Assembly (NCBI RefSeq): GCF_030013595.1
Contig: NZ_CP122768.1
DNA: 64,000 bases
Reading direction: 5' to 3' (one strand)
Origin: Escherichia coli
GTDB lineage: Bacteria > Pseudomonadota > Gammaproteobacteria > Enterobacterales > Enterobacteriaceae
Position 1 is the stretch's first letter. Each line of letters opens with the position of its first letter. Of this stretch, positions 30,238-39,369 are shown in pieces. The notes under the pieces are model-generated. The model had not been told where the DNA came from, did not search any database, and was given only the letters and a program-made list of their open reading frames with translations. The translations under genes and the position numbers were made by a program.

Positions 30238-30761
30238 CTATCAAATCAAATACGCCAGCACACGACAAGGACTGCTGGCAAACGCCGCTTTGGCTTTTTG
30301 ATGCACTGGATATTGAGTTTGGATTCTGGCTGGATTCGGCAGCGAGCGACAAAAATGCTCTGTGTGCTCACTGGCTAACTGAGGCCGACGACGCGCTCAA
30401 TTCTGAGTGGGTAAGCCACGGTGCAATCTGGAATAACCCACCGTACAGCAATATCAGGCCGTGGGTGGAAAAAGCCGCTGAGCAGTGCATACAACAGCGA
30501 CAGACGGTAGTGATGCTTGTGCCAGAGGATATGTCAGTCGGATGGTTCAGCAAGGCTCTGGAGAGTGTCGACGAAGTTCGCATTATCACTGATGGACGGA
30601 TTAATTTTATCGAACCATCGACGGGGCTGGAGAAGAAGGGAAACAGCAAAGGCTCCATGCTGCTGATTTGGCGACCGTTCATCAGTCCTCGACGGATGTT
30701 TACTACCGTATCCAAAGCGGCATTGATAGCGATCGGGCAGGGCGTCAGGAGGGCGGCATGA
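30234..30761 (+). CDS. Phage DNA N6-adenine methyltransferase (Dam-like, NPPY motif), orphan
   Basis: 176 aa from internal ATG overlapping the ninB stop (ATGA); contains NPPY catalytic motif and an SAM-binding-like segment. Confidence 0.7.
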   Translation: MTIKSNTPAHDKDCWQTPLWLFDALDIEFGFWLDSAASDKNALCAHWLTEADDALNSEWVSHGAIWNNPPYSNIRPWVEKAAEQCIQQRQTVVMLVPEDMSVGWFSKALESVDEVRIITDGRINFIEPSTGLEKKGNSKGSMLLIWRPFISPRRMFTTVSKAALIAIGQGVRRAA

Positions 30762-30934
30762 GGCGACAGCGACGAAGTTTCACCGACATCATCTGCGAAA
30801 ACTGCAAATACCTTCCAACGAAACGCTCCAGAAATAAACGCAAGCCAATCCCAAAAGAATCTGACGTAAAAACCTTCAACTACACGGCTCACCTGTGGGA
30901 TATCCGGTGGCTAAGACATCGTGCGAGGAAATGA
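30758..30934 (+). CDS. ninE: NinE-like protein
   Basis: [58 protein letters not shown]; start overlaps the Dam stop. Confidence 0.55.
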   Translation: MRRQRRSFTDIICENCKYLPTKRSRNKRKPIPKESDVKTFNYTAHLWDIRWLRHRARK

Positions 30935-30984
30935 CAATGCTTTTAATTCAACCTGGATTTGGCCTTAGCATCAAAAAAGGACAC

Positions 30985-31338
30985 ATGTTTGGCGAGAAAG
31001 AGTCACAACGAAAAATGGTGTCTATCCGGTTGCCATTTATCAGTATTTATTGGCTAAACAGGGAGGCAACAAATTATTGGTATACATGCGCCAGAGCAGC
31101 ATTTAACGACCCTGACTGGTTTGTGAAAAACCACCATGCGGTTCGTCAGGCAAAGAGAAAGGCCAATACGACATACATGAAGGCGTATCGAAAAGCATGG
31201 AAAGAACACCGCGATCGATACCAGCAAGACATGGAAAAGCTTGAATCAGAAAACATGGAATTAAGACGAAAGCTTGGTGAAGCAAAACGAGACATTGATG
31301 CTTACAAGCGACTTTTTAATGGTGAAAGCCATGCTTAG
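30985..31338 (+). CDS. Hypothetical nin-region protein (start uncertain)
   Basis: ORF 30895..31338; basic coiled-coil C-terminus; overlaps ninE in another frame, so the start is unclear. Confidence 0.3.
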   Translation: MFGEKESQRKMVSIRLPFISIYWLNREATNYWYTCARAAFNDPDWFVKNHHAVRQAKRKANTTYMKAYRKAWKEHRDRYQQDMEKLESENMELRRKLGEAKRDIDAYKRLFNGESHA

Positions 31339-31507
31339 CCCATCCCAAACCCTTCAATACCAGAAAGAAAGCGTCGAGCGAGCTTTAACGTGCGCTAACT
31401 GCGGTCAGAAGCTGCATGTGCTTGAAGTTCATGTGTGTGAGCACTGCTGCGCAGAACTGATGAGCGATCCGAATAGCTCAATGTACGAGGAAGAAGACGA
31501 TGAATGA
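31331..31507 (+). CDS. ninF: NinF-like zinc-binding protein
   Basis: MLSPSQTLQYQKESVERALTCANCGQKLHVLEVHVCEHCCAELMSDPNSSMYEEEDDE. Confidence 0.6.
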   Translation: MLSPSQTLQYQKESVERALTCANCGQKLHVLEVHVCEHCCAELMSDPNSSMYEEEDDE

Positions 31508-32222
31508 GTTAATAAATGGCAATGCCATCAAAATGACAAGCATTGAAATCGCTGAGTTGGTGGGTAAGCGTCATGACAATGTGAAACGTACCATCGAAAC
31601 GCTGGCTAAAAATGGTGTTATCCGGCTTCCTCAAATTGAGGTTTCCGAAAGAATCAATAACTTAGGGTTCAATGTTCAGTACGAGCATTACGTCTTCGAA
31701 GGCGAACAAGGTAAGCGAGATAGTATTGTTGTTGTTGCCCAGTTGTCGCCAGAGTTCACCGCTCGCCTTGTTGACCGCTGGCGAGAGCTTGAAGAAACTG
31801 CGGCTAATATCCCCAAAACGCTACCAGAAGCGTTGCGCCTTGCTGCTGATCTTGCTGAGCAGAAAATGCAACTGGAAAACCAGCTCGCAATTGCCGCACC
31901 TAAAGTTGAGTTTGCCGATCGTGTTGGCGAGGCCAGCGGAATTTTGATTGGAAACTTTGCAAAGGTTGTTGGAATTGGTCAAAACAAACTGTTTGCGTGG
32001 ATGCGCGATCACAAAATCCTTATTGCTTCAGGTTCCCGGCGCAATGTGCCAATGCAGGAATATATGGATCGCGGCTATTTCACAGTGAAAGAAACAGCGG
32101 TCAATACAAATCACGGAATACAGATATCGTTCACCACAAAAATCACCGGGCGTGGCCAACAGTGGCTGACCAGAAAGCTGCTCGATAACGGAATGCTGAA
32201 AGTAACAGGGGAGGCTGCTTAA
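31500..32222 (+). CDS. Rha-family / KilA-C domain phage regulatory protein (antirepressor-like)
   Basis: 240 aa; N-terminal MNELINGNAIKMTSIEIAELVGKRHDNVKRTIETLAKNGVI (Rha-like) and a KilA-C-like C-terminal half. Confidence 0.6.
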   Translation: MNELINGNAIKMTSIEIAELVGKRHDNVKRTIETLAKNGVIRLPQIEVSERINNLGFNVQYEHYVFEGEQGKRDSIVVVAQLSPEFTARLVDRWRELEETAANIPKTLPEALRLAADLAEQKMQLENQLAIAAPKVEFADRVGEASGILIGNFAKVVGIGQNKLFAWMRDHKILIASGSRRNVPMQEYMDRGYFTVKETAVNTNHGIQISFTTKITGRGQQWLTRKLLDNGMLKVTGEAA

Positions 32223-32512
32223 TGGCCAATCTACGCAAAGAAGCACGCGGCAGAGAATGTCAGGTACGTATTTACGGCGTATGCAATGGCAATCCTGAAA
32301 CTACAGTTCTGGCACATTACCGGATGGCTGGAATTTGCGGAACGGGAATGAAGCCTGACGACCTGATCGGCGCATGGGCTTGTAGCGCGTGTCACGATGA
32401 AATCGACCGACGCACCCATAATCTCGACAACAAAGACGCCAGACTTTACCACCTCGAAGGTGTGATCAGGACGCAGGCGATACTGCTGAAGGAGGGGAAG
32501 ATTAAGCCATGA
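32222..32512 (+). CDS. DUF1364-like nin-region protein (Cys/His-rich, putative nuclease-associated)
   Basis: 96-aa ORF with CxxC...CxxCH pattern, typically found beside rusA. Confidence 0.45.
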   Translation: MANLRKEARGRECQVRIYGVCNGNPETTVLAHYRMAGICGTGMKPDDLIGAWACSACHDEIDRRTHNLDNKDARLYHLEGVIRTQAILLKEGKIKP

Positions 32513-32871
32513 ACGAATATCAGTTTGTGCTTCCTTACCCGCCGTCGGTGAATACCTACTGGCGAAGACGGGGAAGCCAATACTACATCAGCGATAAAGG
32601 CCAGAAATACCGAAAAGACGTTCAGCAAATCATTCGCCAACTCAAGTTAGACATTTTCACCAAATCACGACTCCGTATCAAAGTCATCGCAGACGTTCCA
32701 GACTCCCGCCGCCGCGACCTCGACAACATCCTGAAAGGTTTACTCGACTCCCTTATCCACGCCGGATTTGCGGAAGACGACGAGCAATTCGATGACATTC
32801 GCGTAATTCGTGGTGTGAAAGTACCAGGCGGAAGGCTTGGAATAAAAATCACCGAACTGGAGAACGTATGA
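32509..32871 (+). CDS. rusA: RusA Holliday-junction resolvase
   Basis: 120-aa ORF MNEYQFVLPYPPSVNTYWRRRG... with catalytic Asp cluster. Confidence 0.8.
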   Translation: MNEYQFVLPYPPSVNTYWRRRGSQYYISDKGQKYRKDVQQIIRQLKLDIFTKSRLRIKVIADVPDSRRRDLDNILKGLLDSLIHAGFAEDDEQFDDIRVIRGVKVPGGRLGIKITELENV

Positions 32872-33056
32872 ACGCCACAATTCAAACGATACCAGAACTT
32901 CTTATCCAGACACGAGGCAATCAGACCGAAGTGGCGAGGAGGCTTTCCTGTGCAAGAGGAACAGTGCTCAAGTACAACAGAGACAGCAAAGGCGAGCGTC
33001 ACGCAATAGTTAACGGCGTCCTGATGGTCAAACAGGGCAAGAGGGGAAGACGATGA
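32868..33056 (+). CDS. ninH: NinH-like small HTH protein
   Basis: 62 aa ...GNQTEVARRLSCARGTVLKY...; immediately precedes Q. Confidence 0.55.
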   Translation: MNATIQTIPELLIQTRGNQTEVARRLSCARGTVLKYNRDSKGERHAIVNGVLMVKQGKRGRR

Positions 33057-33676
33057 GACTCGAAAGCGTAGCTAAATTTCATTCTCCAAAAAGCCCGATG
33101 ATGAGCGACTCACCACGGGCTACAGCTTCTGACTCTCTTTCCGGTACTGATGTGATGGCTGCTATGGGGATGGCGCAATCACAAGCCGGATTCGGTATGG
33201 CTGCATTCTGCGGTAAGCATGAACTCAGCCAGAACGACAAACAAAAGGCTATCAACTATCTGATGCAATTTGCACACAAGGTATCGGGGAAATACTGTGG
33301 TGTGGCAAAGCTTGAAGGAAATACTAAGGCAAAGGTACTGCAAGTGCTCGCAACATTCGCTTATGCGGATTATTGCCGTAGTGCCGCGACGCCGGGCGCA
33401 AGATGCAGAGATTGCCACGGTACAGGCCGTGCGGTTGATATAGCCAAAACAGAGCAGTGGGGGAGAGTTGTTGAGAAAGAGTGCGGAAGATGCAAAGGTG
33501 TCGGCTATTCAAGAATGCCAGCAAGCGCCGCATATCGCGCTGTAACGATGCTAATCCCAAACCTTACTCAACCCACCTGGTCACGCACTGTTAAGCCGCT
33601 GTATGACGCTCTGGTGGTGCAATGCCACAAAGAAGAGTCAATCGCAGACAACATTTTGAATGCGGTCACACGTTAG
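33053..33676 (+). CDS. Q: Late-gene antiterminator Q (lambda-type)
   Basis: 207-aa ORF MRLESVAKFHSPKSPMMSDSPRATASDSLSGTDVMAAMGMAQSQAGFG...; followed by PR' and tR'. Confidence 0.9.
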   Translation: MRLESVAKFHSPKSPMMSDSPRATASDSLSGTDVMAAMGMAQSQAGFGMAAFCGKHELSQNDKQKAINYLMQFAHKVSGKYCGVAKLEGNTKAKVLQVLATFAYADYCRSAATPGARCRDCHGTGRAVDIAKTEQWGRVVEKECGRCKGVGYSRMPASAAYRAVTMLIPNLTQPTWSRTVKPLYDALVVQCHKEESIADNILNAVTR

Positions 33677-33718
33677 CAGCATGATTGCCACGGATGGCAA
33701 CATATTAACGGCATGATA

Positions 33719-33747
33719 TTGACTTTTTGAATAAAGTTGGGTAAATT
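33719..33747 (+). promoter_or_regulatory. Late promoter PR' (TTGACT-N17-TAAATT) with downstream qut region
   Basis: -35/-10 hexamers with 17-bp spacing immediately downstream of Q, as in lambda. Confidence 0.65.
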
Positions 33748-33888
33748 TGACCCAACGATGGGTTAATTCGCTCGTTGTGGTAGTGAGATGAAAAGAGGCG
33801 GCGCTTACTACCGATTCCGCCTAGTTGGTCACTTCGACGTATCGTCTGGAACTCCAACCATAGCAGGCTGAGAGGTCTGCAAAATGCA

Positions 33889-33948
33889 ATCCCGAAACAG
33901 TTCGCAGGTAATAGTTAGAGCCTGCACAACGGTTTCGGGATTTTTTAT
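33889..33948 (+). terminator. tR' terminator (end of 6S-RNA-like late leader)
   Basis: Inverted repeat aatcccgaaac...gtttcgggatt followed by TTTTTT, about 190 nt downstream of PR'. Confidence 0.7.
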
Positions 33949-33950
33949 TT

Positions 33951-34025
33951 GGGTCAGTCGTATAAAGGTCATTACGGAAGGCTGTTAACCTTCTTATCGT
34001 GGTTCGAGTCCACGCTGTCCCGCCA
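33951..34025 (+). tRNA. Candidate phage-encoded tRNA (anticodon GTT, Asn-like); atypical D-arm and one acceptor-stem mismatch
   Basis: Manual fold: acceptor GGGTCAG/CTGTCCC, anticodon stem GAAGG/CCTTC with loop CTGTTAA, T-arm CGTGG-TTCGAGT-CCACG, 3' GCCA. Confidence 0.45.
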
Positions 34026-34030
34026 AATAT

Positions 34031-34106
34031 GCTGGTTTAGCTCCAATGGTAGAGCGGTCGCCTTGTAAGCGAATGGGTAGCGGTTCAAGTCCGTTAACCA
34101 GCACCA
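34031..34106 (+). tRNA. Candidate phage-encoded tRNA (anticodon TGT, Thr-like)
   Basis: Manual fold: acceptor GCTGGTT/AACCAGC, D-arm GCTC-CAATGGTA-GAGC, anticodon loop CTTGTAA, T-arm AGCGG-TTCAAGT-CCGTT, 3' ACCA. Confidence 0.5.
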
Positions 34107-34348
34107 TAACTGAGCCGTAGCCACTGGCTATCCTGAATTCATGAGTGATAGTTACGCTGCGGCCTTCTACACATGATCTTCGTGAAAGCGGGTGACAGGA
34201 GGTCGCGCTAACAACCTCCTGCCGTTTTGCCCGTGCATATCGGTCACGAACAAATCTGATTACTAAACACAGTAGCCTGGATTTGTTCTATCAGTAATCG
34301 ACCTTATTCCTAATTAAATAGAGCAAATCCCCTTATTGGGGGTAAGAC

Positions 34349-34672
34349 ATGAAGATGCCAGAAAAACATGACCTGTTAGCCGCCATTCTCGCGGCAAAGG
34401 AACAAGGCATCGGGGCAATCCTTGCGTTTGCAATGGCGTACCTTCGCGGCAGATATAATGGCGGTGCGTTTACAAAAACAGTAATCGACGCAACGATGTG
34501 CGCCATTATCGCCTGGTTCATTCGTGACCTTCTCGACTTCGCCGGACTAAGTAGCAATCTCGCTTATATAACGAGCGTGTTTATCGGCTACATCGGTACT
34601 GACTCGATTGGTTCGCTTATCAAACGCTTCGCTGCTAAAAAAGCCGGAGTAGAAGATGGTGGAAATCAATAA
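34349..34672 (+). CDS. S: Holin S (class I, lambda-type)
   Basis: 107-aa [44 protein letters not shown]... with TM segments and dual start MKM. Confidence 0.9.
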   Translation: MKMPEKHDLLAAILAAKEQGIGAILAFAMAYLRGRYNGGAFTKTVIDATMCAIIAWFIRDLLDFAGLSSNLAYITSVFIGYIGTDSIGSLIKRFAAKKAGVEDGGNQ

Positions 34673-35132
34673 TCAACGTAAGGCGTTCCTCGATATGCTG
34701 GCGTGGTCAGAGGGAACTGATAACGGACGGCAGAAAACCAGAAATCATGGTTATGACGTCATTGTAGGCGGAGAGCTATTCACTGATTACTCCGATCATC
34801 CTTGCAAACTTGTCACGCTAAACCCCAAACTCAAATCAACAGCAGCCGGACGTTACCAGCTTCTTTCCCGTTGGTGGGATGCCTATCGTAAGCAGCTTGG
34901 CTTGAAAGATTTCTCTCCGAAAAGCCAGGACGCAGTTGCACTGCAGCAGATTAAAGAGCGTGGCGCTTTACCTATGATTGATCGCGGTGATATCCGTCAG
35001 GCAATCGACCGTTGCAGCAATATCTGGGCTTCACTGCCGGGCGCTGGTTATGGTCAGTTCGAGCATAAGGCTGACAGCCTGATTGCAAAATTCAAAGAAG
35101 CAGGCGGAGCGGTCAGAGAGATTGAGGTATGA
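34656..35132 (+). CDS. R: Endolysin R (lytic transglycosylase, lambda-type)
   Basis: 158-aa [42 protein letters not shown]... Confidence 0.9.
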   Translation: MVEINNQRKAFLDMLAWSEGTDNGRQKTRNHGYDVIVGGELFTDYSDHPCKLVTLNPKLKSTAAGRYQLLSRWWDAYRKQLGLKDFSPKSQDAVALQQIKERGALPMIDRGDIRQAIDRCSNIWASLPGAGYGQFEHKADSLIAKFKEAGGAVREIEV

Positions 35133-35596
35133 GCAGAGTAACCGCGATTATCTCCGCTCTGGTTATTTGCATCATCGTCTGCCTGTCATGGGCTGTTAAT
35201 CATTACCGTGATAACGCCATCGCCTACAAAGAACAGCGAGATAAAAAAGTCAGTGAGCTGAAGCAGGCGACCGCCACCATTACTGACATGCAGCAGCGCC
35301 AGCGTTCTGCTGATGCGCTCGATGCTAAATACACGAAGGAGTTAGCTGATGCGAAAGCTGAAAATGATGCTCTTCGGCGCAAGCTTGATAATGGTGGTCG
35401 GGTGTTCGTCAAAGGAAAATGCCCTGTGCCATCCTCAGCCGAAACCTCCGGCGCCTCCGGCATGGGCAATGATGCCACCGTCGAACTCTCTCCAGTTGCT
35501 GGACGAAACGTTCTCGGTGTCCGGGACGGAATTATCCGCGACCAAACAGCACTGAGAACGCTTCAGGAATACATCAGGACGCAATGCCTTCGATGA
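35129..35596 (+). CDS. Rz: Spanin inner-membrane subunit Rz
   Basis: 155 aa with N-terminal TM segment and coiled coil; overlaps R stop. Confidence 0.85.
   Translation: MSRVTAIISALVICIIVCLSWAVNHYRDNAIAYKEQRDKKVSELKQATATITDMQQRQRSADALDAKYTKELADAKAENDALRRKLDNGGRVFVKGKCPVPSSAETSGASGMGNDATVELSPVAGRNVLGVRDGIIRDQTALRTLQEYIRTQCLR
35349..35555 (+). CDS. Rz1: Spanin outer-membrane lipoprotein Rz1 (embedded in Rz, +1 frame)
   Basis: [21 protein letters not shown]... lipobox-like signal and proline-rich body, nested within Rz. Confidence 0.6.
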   Translation: MRKLKMMLFGASLIMVVGCSSKENALCHPQPKPPAPPAWAMMPPSNSLQLLDETFSVSGTELSATKQH

Positions 35597-35941
35597 TAGC
35601 GATAATTTTACTCATCATCCTTCACATCTGGCTCTGTAGACAGGGTGGTGATCACTTCTGGAGTGAATCCAGATTAAACATCTCATTGCTGATGCTTGAA
35701 GTTGAGCATCTGGCGCGCGGTAAGGGGCTGCGTTGAGATAAGAGCCAGTCATTACAAATACCAGGATTTAGCCTCGCATTCGCGGGGCTTTTTTATATCT
35801 GCAACAAACGCGCTTCACACGCGCGACTTATGAACACAGAACCTTTCAGGATGACCCTTGAGGATGCCGGTTTGGTGATCGGTGCCTTTCTGTGGGCCGG
35901 AATCCTGTGTGACAAGGTTCATCACTAAAAGGTGAGCACTG

Positions 35942-36484
35942 ATGAATTATCCAACTATCGTTAACGGCATCGATTTCCGAGAACTGATTTTTGTGGCAAA
36001 CAACGATCCGGTTACAGATTCTTTTATGGTGGCAAAAGCATTTGGAAAGCTGCCGAAGAACGTGGTTCGTGACATTGAGCGAACCATAGAAGCTTGCCCT
36101 CCTGAGTTTGATACAAAGCTCAACTTTGAGCTTTGCTATAAAAACAATGAGTTACAGAATGGTAAGCCGCAAAAATTCTACCGTCTACGCAAGGATGGGT
36201 TGATGCTTTTGGTTATGTCCTACACCAAAAAAGAAGCAATGCGTATCAAAATTGCTTACATCAACGCATTTAACTGGATGTACGCCATGCTTCAGGTTGG
36301 TCATCGTCAATTTGAAGAAGAGAGAAATGCCGTAATGCTGGAGTACATGAAAGAGAAGGATGTTGCCAGCATGTCAGGTCGCCTGCTAAATCGCTGGGGC
36401 AAAATTAAGAAGCCACAGTTGCTGGCTAGAATTGAACGCCTTGAACAGCACGGGCAAACCGTAATCCCCGGACTCATCAATTAA
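35942..36484 (+). CDS. Rha-family phage regulatory protein (second copy of the fold in this prophage)
   Basis: 180 aa MNYPTIVNGIDFRELIFVANNDPVTDSFMVAKAFGKLPKNVVRDIERTIE...; between the lysis cassette and terminase, as in P22. Confidence 0.6.
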   Translation: MNYPTIVNGIDFRELIFVANNDPVTDSFMVAKAFGKLPKNVVRDIERTIEACPPEFDTKLNFELCYKNNELQNGKPQKFYRLRKDGLMLLVMSYTKKEAMRIKIAYINAFNWMYAMLQVGHRQFEEERNAVMLEYMKEKDVASMSGRLLNRWGKIKKPQLLARIERLEQHGQTVIPGLIN

Positions 36485-36691
36485 CGGCAGTACCGCGAAA
36501 CAACCCAAGCCAGTAAGTGGGGAAATAACTGAAAGATGAACCTCCAGCCTTATGGCAAAAAAGATTCTTTGTGGTGGCGGACTGATGGAAAGACATCGGA
36601 TAGAATAAAACAGTGGCTAGGGTAGCTCCCGAAAAGCGGAATCGTCACCGCCAGCCACTGAATCTATGACGAACAACTAGACGAGGTTGAT

Positions 36692-36934
36692 ATGAGTGAA
36701 ATTGATAAAATAATAAATGGTACATGTAACTTTCAATCAATGCCGCCAGGTAGTTATGTAAAACAATGTAGTGAAATAGTTAATGGTCAGCTTGTAATGT
36801 CAAATGCAGGACGTGGAGTTTCTACGGATGAAAAAAAATCAATAAATGAAGCCCTATTAAGCATCAATGTTTTTGACTTGTTTCGCCCATCTTGGGTTAT
36901 TTTGCAAAATAGTAGTCAATTCCCACATTATTGA
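36692..36934 (+). CDS. AT-rich moron ORF (80 aa) of unknown function with its own terminator
   Basis: Low-GC ORF preceded by GAGGT SD; hairpin + T-run terminator 36953..36977. Confidence 0.4.
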   Translation: MSEIDKIINGTCNFQSMPPGSYVKQCSEIVNGQLVMSNAGRGVSTDEKKSINEALLSINVFDLFRPSWVILQNSSQFPHY

Positions 36935-36952
36935 TAAATTAATTAATAAATT

Positions 36953-36977
36953 GGTCGCTCAGGCGGCCTTTTTTATT
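36953..36977 (+). terminator. Rho-independent terminator after the moron ORF
   Basis: ggtcgc-tcag-gcggcc hairpin followed by TTTTTTATT. Confidence 0.55.
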
Positions 36978-37081
36978 GCCATCACAAAAGCCATTCCCTA
37001 CAGAGTGGCTTTGATAATGGCTTATACCCTACACGGGATAACTTAACTGATATCCCTTTTAACGGATAAACGGAGCCAACA

Positions 37082-37324
37082 ATGGCAGAGATTATTCCCA
37101 TGACTGAAGAACAGAAATTCCAGTTAGAGATTTACAAGCTGGTCATGAACCAGAACGCAGCCGCAGAAGAAGCATTTCAATTCATTGGCACTGACGAACT
37201 GAAGCTTGAGCTATTCAAAATTCACTTCCAGTCAGGTGGCGCTAATTCAGATATCACGACCCGAACTATCGAAGCGGTGCGTAAATCGAAGGAAGCGTTA
37301 GACCTGTTCACTACCGGAGCATAA
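37082..37324 (+). CDS. Hypothetical protein (80 aa) upstream of the small terminase gene
   Basis: ORF co-oriented with the late operon. Confidence 0.4.
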   Translation: MAEIIPMTEEQKFQLEIYKLVMNQNAAAEEAFQFIGTDELKLELFKIHFQSGGANSDITTRTIEAVRKSKEALDLFTTGA

Positions 37325-37403
37325 ACATGGCAACTCAAGGTTTCGACAACCCATCCAAATTCCGCGATGAATGGGATAAGCAAGCAGAAGGGAAATAATC
37401 AAT

Positions 37404-37892
37404 ATGGCAGCACCAAAGGGCAACCGATTTTGGGAGGCCCGCAGTAGTCATGGGCGAAATCCTAAATTCGAATCGCCTGAGGCGCTGTGGGCTGCTTGTT
37501 GTGAATACTTCGAGTGGGTAGAAGCTAACCCGCTATGGGAGATGAAGGCGTTCTCGTATCAGGGTGAAGTGATACAAGAGCCTATCGCCAAGATGCGAGC
37601 GATGACCATTACCGGACTCACTCTGTTCATTGATGTGACGCTTGAAACATGGCGCACATATCGCCTGCGAGAAGATTTATCTGAAGTCGTTACGCGAGCA
37701 GAGCAGGTCATCTACGACCAGAAATTCTCTGGCGCAGCCGCTGACCTTCTCAACGCTAACATCATCGCCCGTGATTTGGGCCTCAAAGAGCAGTCGCAAG
37801 TTGAAGACGTGACACCTGATAAGGGAGATCGCGATAAGCGACGCTCTCGTATCAAGGAGCTATTCAACCGTGGAACTGGACGCGATTCTTGA
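37404..37892 (+). CDS. Terminase small subunit (P22 gp3-like)
   Basis: 162-aa [53 protein letters not shown]...; precedes the large terminase. Confidence 0.8.
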   Translation: MAAPKGNRFWEARSSHGRNPKFESPEALWAACCEYFEWVEANPLWEMKAFSYQGEVIQEPIAKMRAMTITGLTLFIDVTLETWRTYRLREDLSEVVTRAEQVIYDQKFSGAAADLLNANIIARDLGLKEQSQVEDVTPDKGDRDKRRSRIKELFNRGTGRDS

Positions 37893-39369
37893 TAACCTGA
37901 GCGACGAAGAGCAAATCGAGTTGCTCGAGCTACTCGAAGAAGAAGAGAACTACCGGAACACACACCTGCTATATGAATTTACGCCATACAGCAAACAGCG
38001 TGAGTTCATCGACGCCGGGCATGACTATCCAGAGCGCTGTTTTATGGCTGGTAACCAGCTTGGTAAGTCATTTACTGGTGCTGCTGAAGTCGCGTTTCAC
38101 CTTACCGGGCGTTATCCGGGCACAAAAGGCTATCCGGCTGATGGTAAATATGGTGGGGAGTGGAAAGGTAAGCGTTTCTATGAGCCTGTTGTCTTCTGGA
38201 TTGGCGGCGAGACAAACGAGACTGTAACCAAAACGACTCAACGCATCCTGTGCGGTCGTATCGAAGAGAATGATGAGCCTGGCTACGGCTCCATACCGAA
38301 AGAGGACATCATTAGCTGGAAGAAGTCTCCTTTCTTTCCGAACCTTGTTGATCACCTTCTGGTTAAGCATCACACGGCTGATGGCGTTGAAGATGGCATT
38401 TCAATCTGCTACTTCAAGCCATACTCGCAAGGTCGTGCTCGCTGGCAGGGTGACACAATCCACGGAGTGTGGTTTGACGAAGAACCACCATACAGCATTT
38501 ATGGCGAAGGGCTTACCCGTACCAACAAATACGGGCAATTCTCAATCCTGACGTTTACCCCGCTGATGGGGATGTCTGACGTTGTTACCAAGTTCCTGAA
38601 GAATCCCAGCAAGTCGCAGAAAGTGGTCAACATGACCATCTATGACGCTGAGCACTATACCGACGAGCAGAAAGAGCAAATCATCGCATCCTATCCAGAG
38701 CATGAGAGAGAGGCTCGAGCTCGCGGTATTCCTACGATGGGTAGTGGTCGAATCTTCCAGATACCGGAAGAGACGATTAAGTGTCAGCCGTTCGAGTGTC
38801 CTGATCACTTCTACGTAATTGGCGGGATGGATTTCGGATGGGATCACCCTCAGGCGCAGGTTCAGCTTTGGTGGGATAAGGACGCAGACACAATCTACGT
38901 TTCGCGCGTGTGGAAGGCGAAAGAAAAGACAGCTGTTCAGGCGTGGGGAGCCGTTAAACCATGGGCGCATAAAGTGCCAACCGCATGGCCCCATGACGGA
39001 AACCAGCACGAGAAGGGCGGCGGTGAGCAGCTTAAAGGGCAGTACGCGGACGCTGGTTTTATGATGTTGCAGGAGCATGCGACATGGCCTGATGGCGGTA
39101 ACGCTGTGGAGCCTGGAATCACTGAATTGCGCGACATGATGCTTGATGGTCGCTTCAAAGTATTCAACACCTGTGAGCCATTCTTTGAGGAGTTCCGCCT
39201 CTATCACCGTGATGAAAACGGGAAGATCGTCAAGCTTAACGACGACGTGCTATCCGCCGTTCGCTATGCATACATGATGCGCCGCTTCGCAAAAATGATG
39301 CGCGACATCAAAAAACCAAAAGAGAAAAAGATACCAGCCCCAATCAGGCCCATCGCACGGAGAACTTAA
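37870..39369 (+). CDS. Terminase large subunit (P22 gp2-like)
   Basis: 499-aa ORF with ATPase and nuclease regions; overlaps the small subunit end. Confidence 0.85.
   Translation: MELDAILDNLSDEEQIELLELLEEEENYRNTHLLYEFTPYSKQREFIDAGHDYPERCFMAGNQLGKSFTGAAEVAFHLTGRYPGTKGYPADGKYGGEWKGKRFYEPVVFWIGGETNETVTKTTQRILCGRIEENDEPGYGSIPKEDIISWKKSPFFPNLVDHLLVKHHTADGVEDGISICYFKPYSQGRARWQGDTIHGVWFDEEPPYSIYGEGLTRTNKYGQFSILTFTPLMGMSDVVTKFLKNPSKSQKVVNMTIYDAEHYTDEQKEQIIASYPEHEREARARGIPTMGSGRIFQIPEETIKCQPFECPDHFYVIGGMDFGWDHPQAQVQLWWDKDADTIYVSRVWKAKEKTAVQAWGAVKPWAHKVPTAWPHDGNQHEKGGGEQLKGQYADAGFMMLQEHATWPDGGNAVEPGITELRDMMLDGRFKVFNTCEPFFEEFRLYHRDENGKIVKLNDDVLSAVRYAYMMRRFAKMMRDIKKPKEKKIPAPIRPIARRT

Noticed and set aside
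33700-34340. Possible Shiga-toxin or other cargo genes between Q/tR' and the holin
   Set aside because: The interval contains only PR', tR', two tRNA-like sequences and the lambda-like S upstream region; no stxAB-sized ORFs.
35832-35930. 32-aa ORF (MNTEPFRMTLEDAGLVIGAFLWAGILCDKVHH) after Rz
   Set aside because: Very short with a single hydrophobic stretch and no clear ribosome-binding site; could be a small membrane peptide but not supportable from sequence alone.
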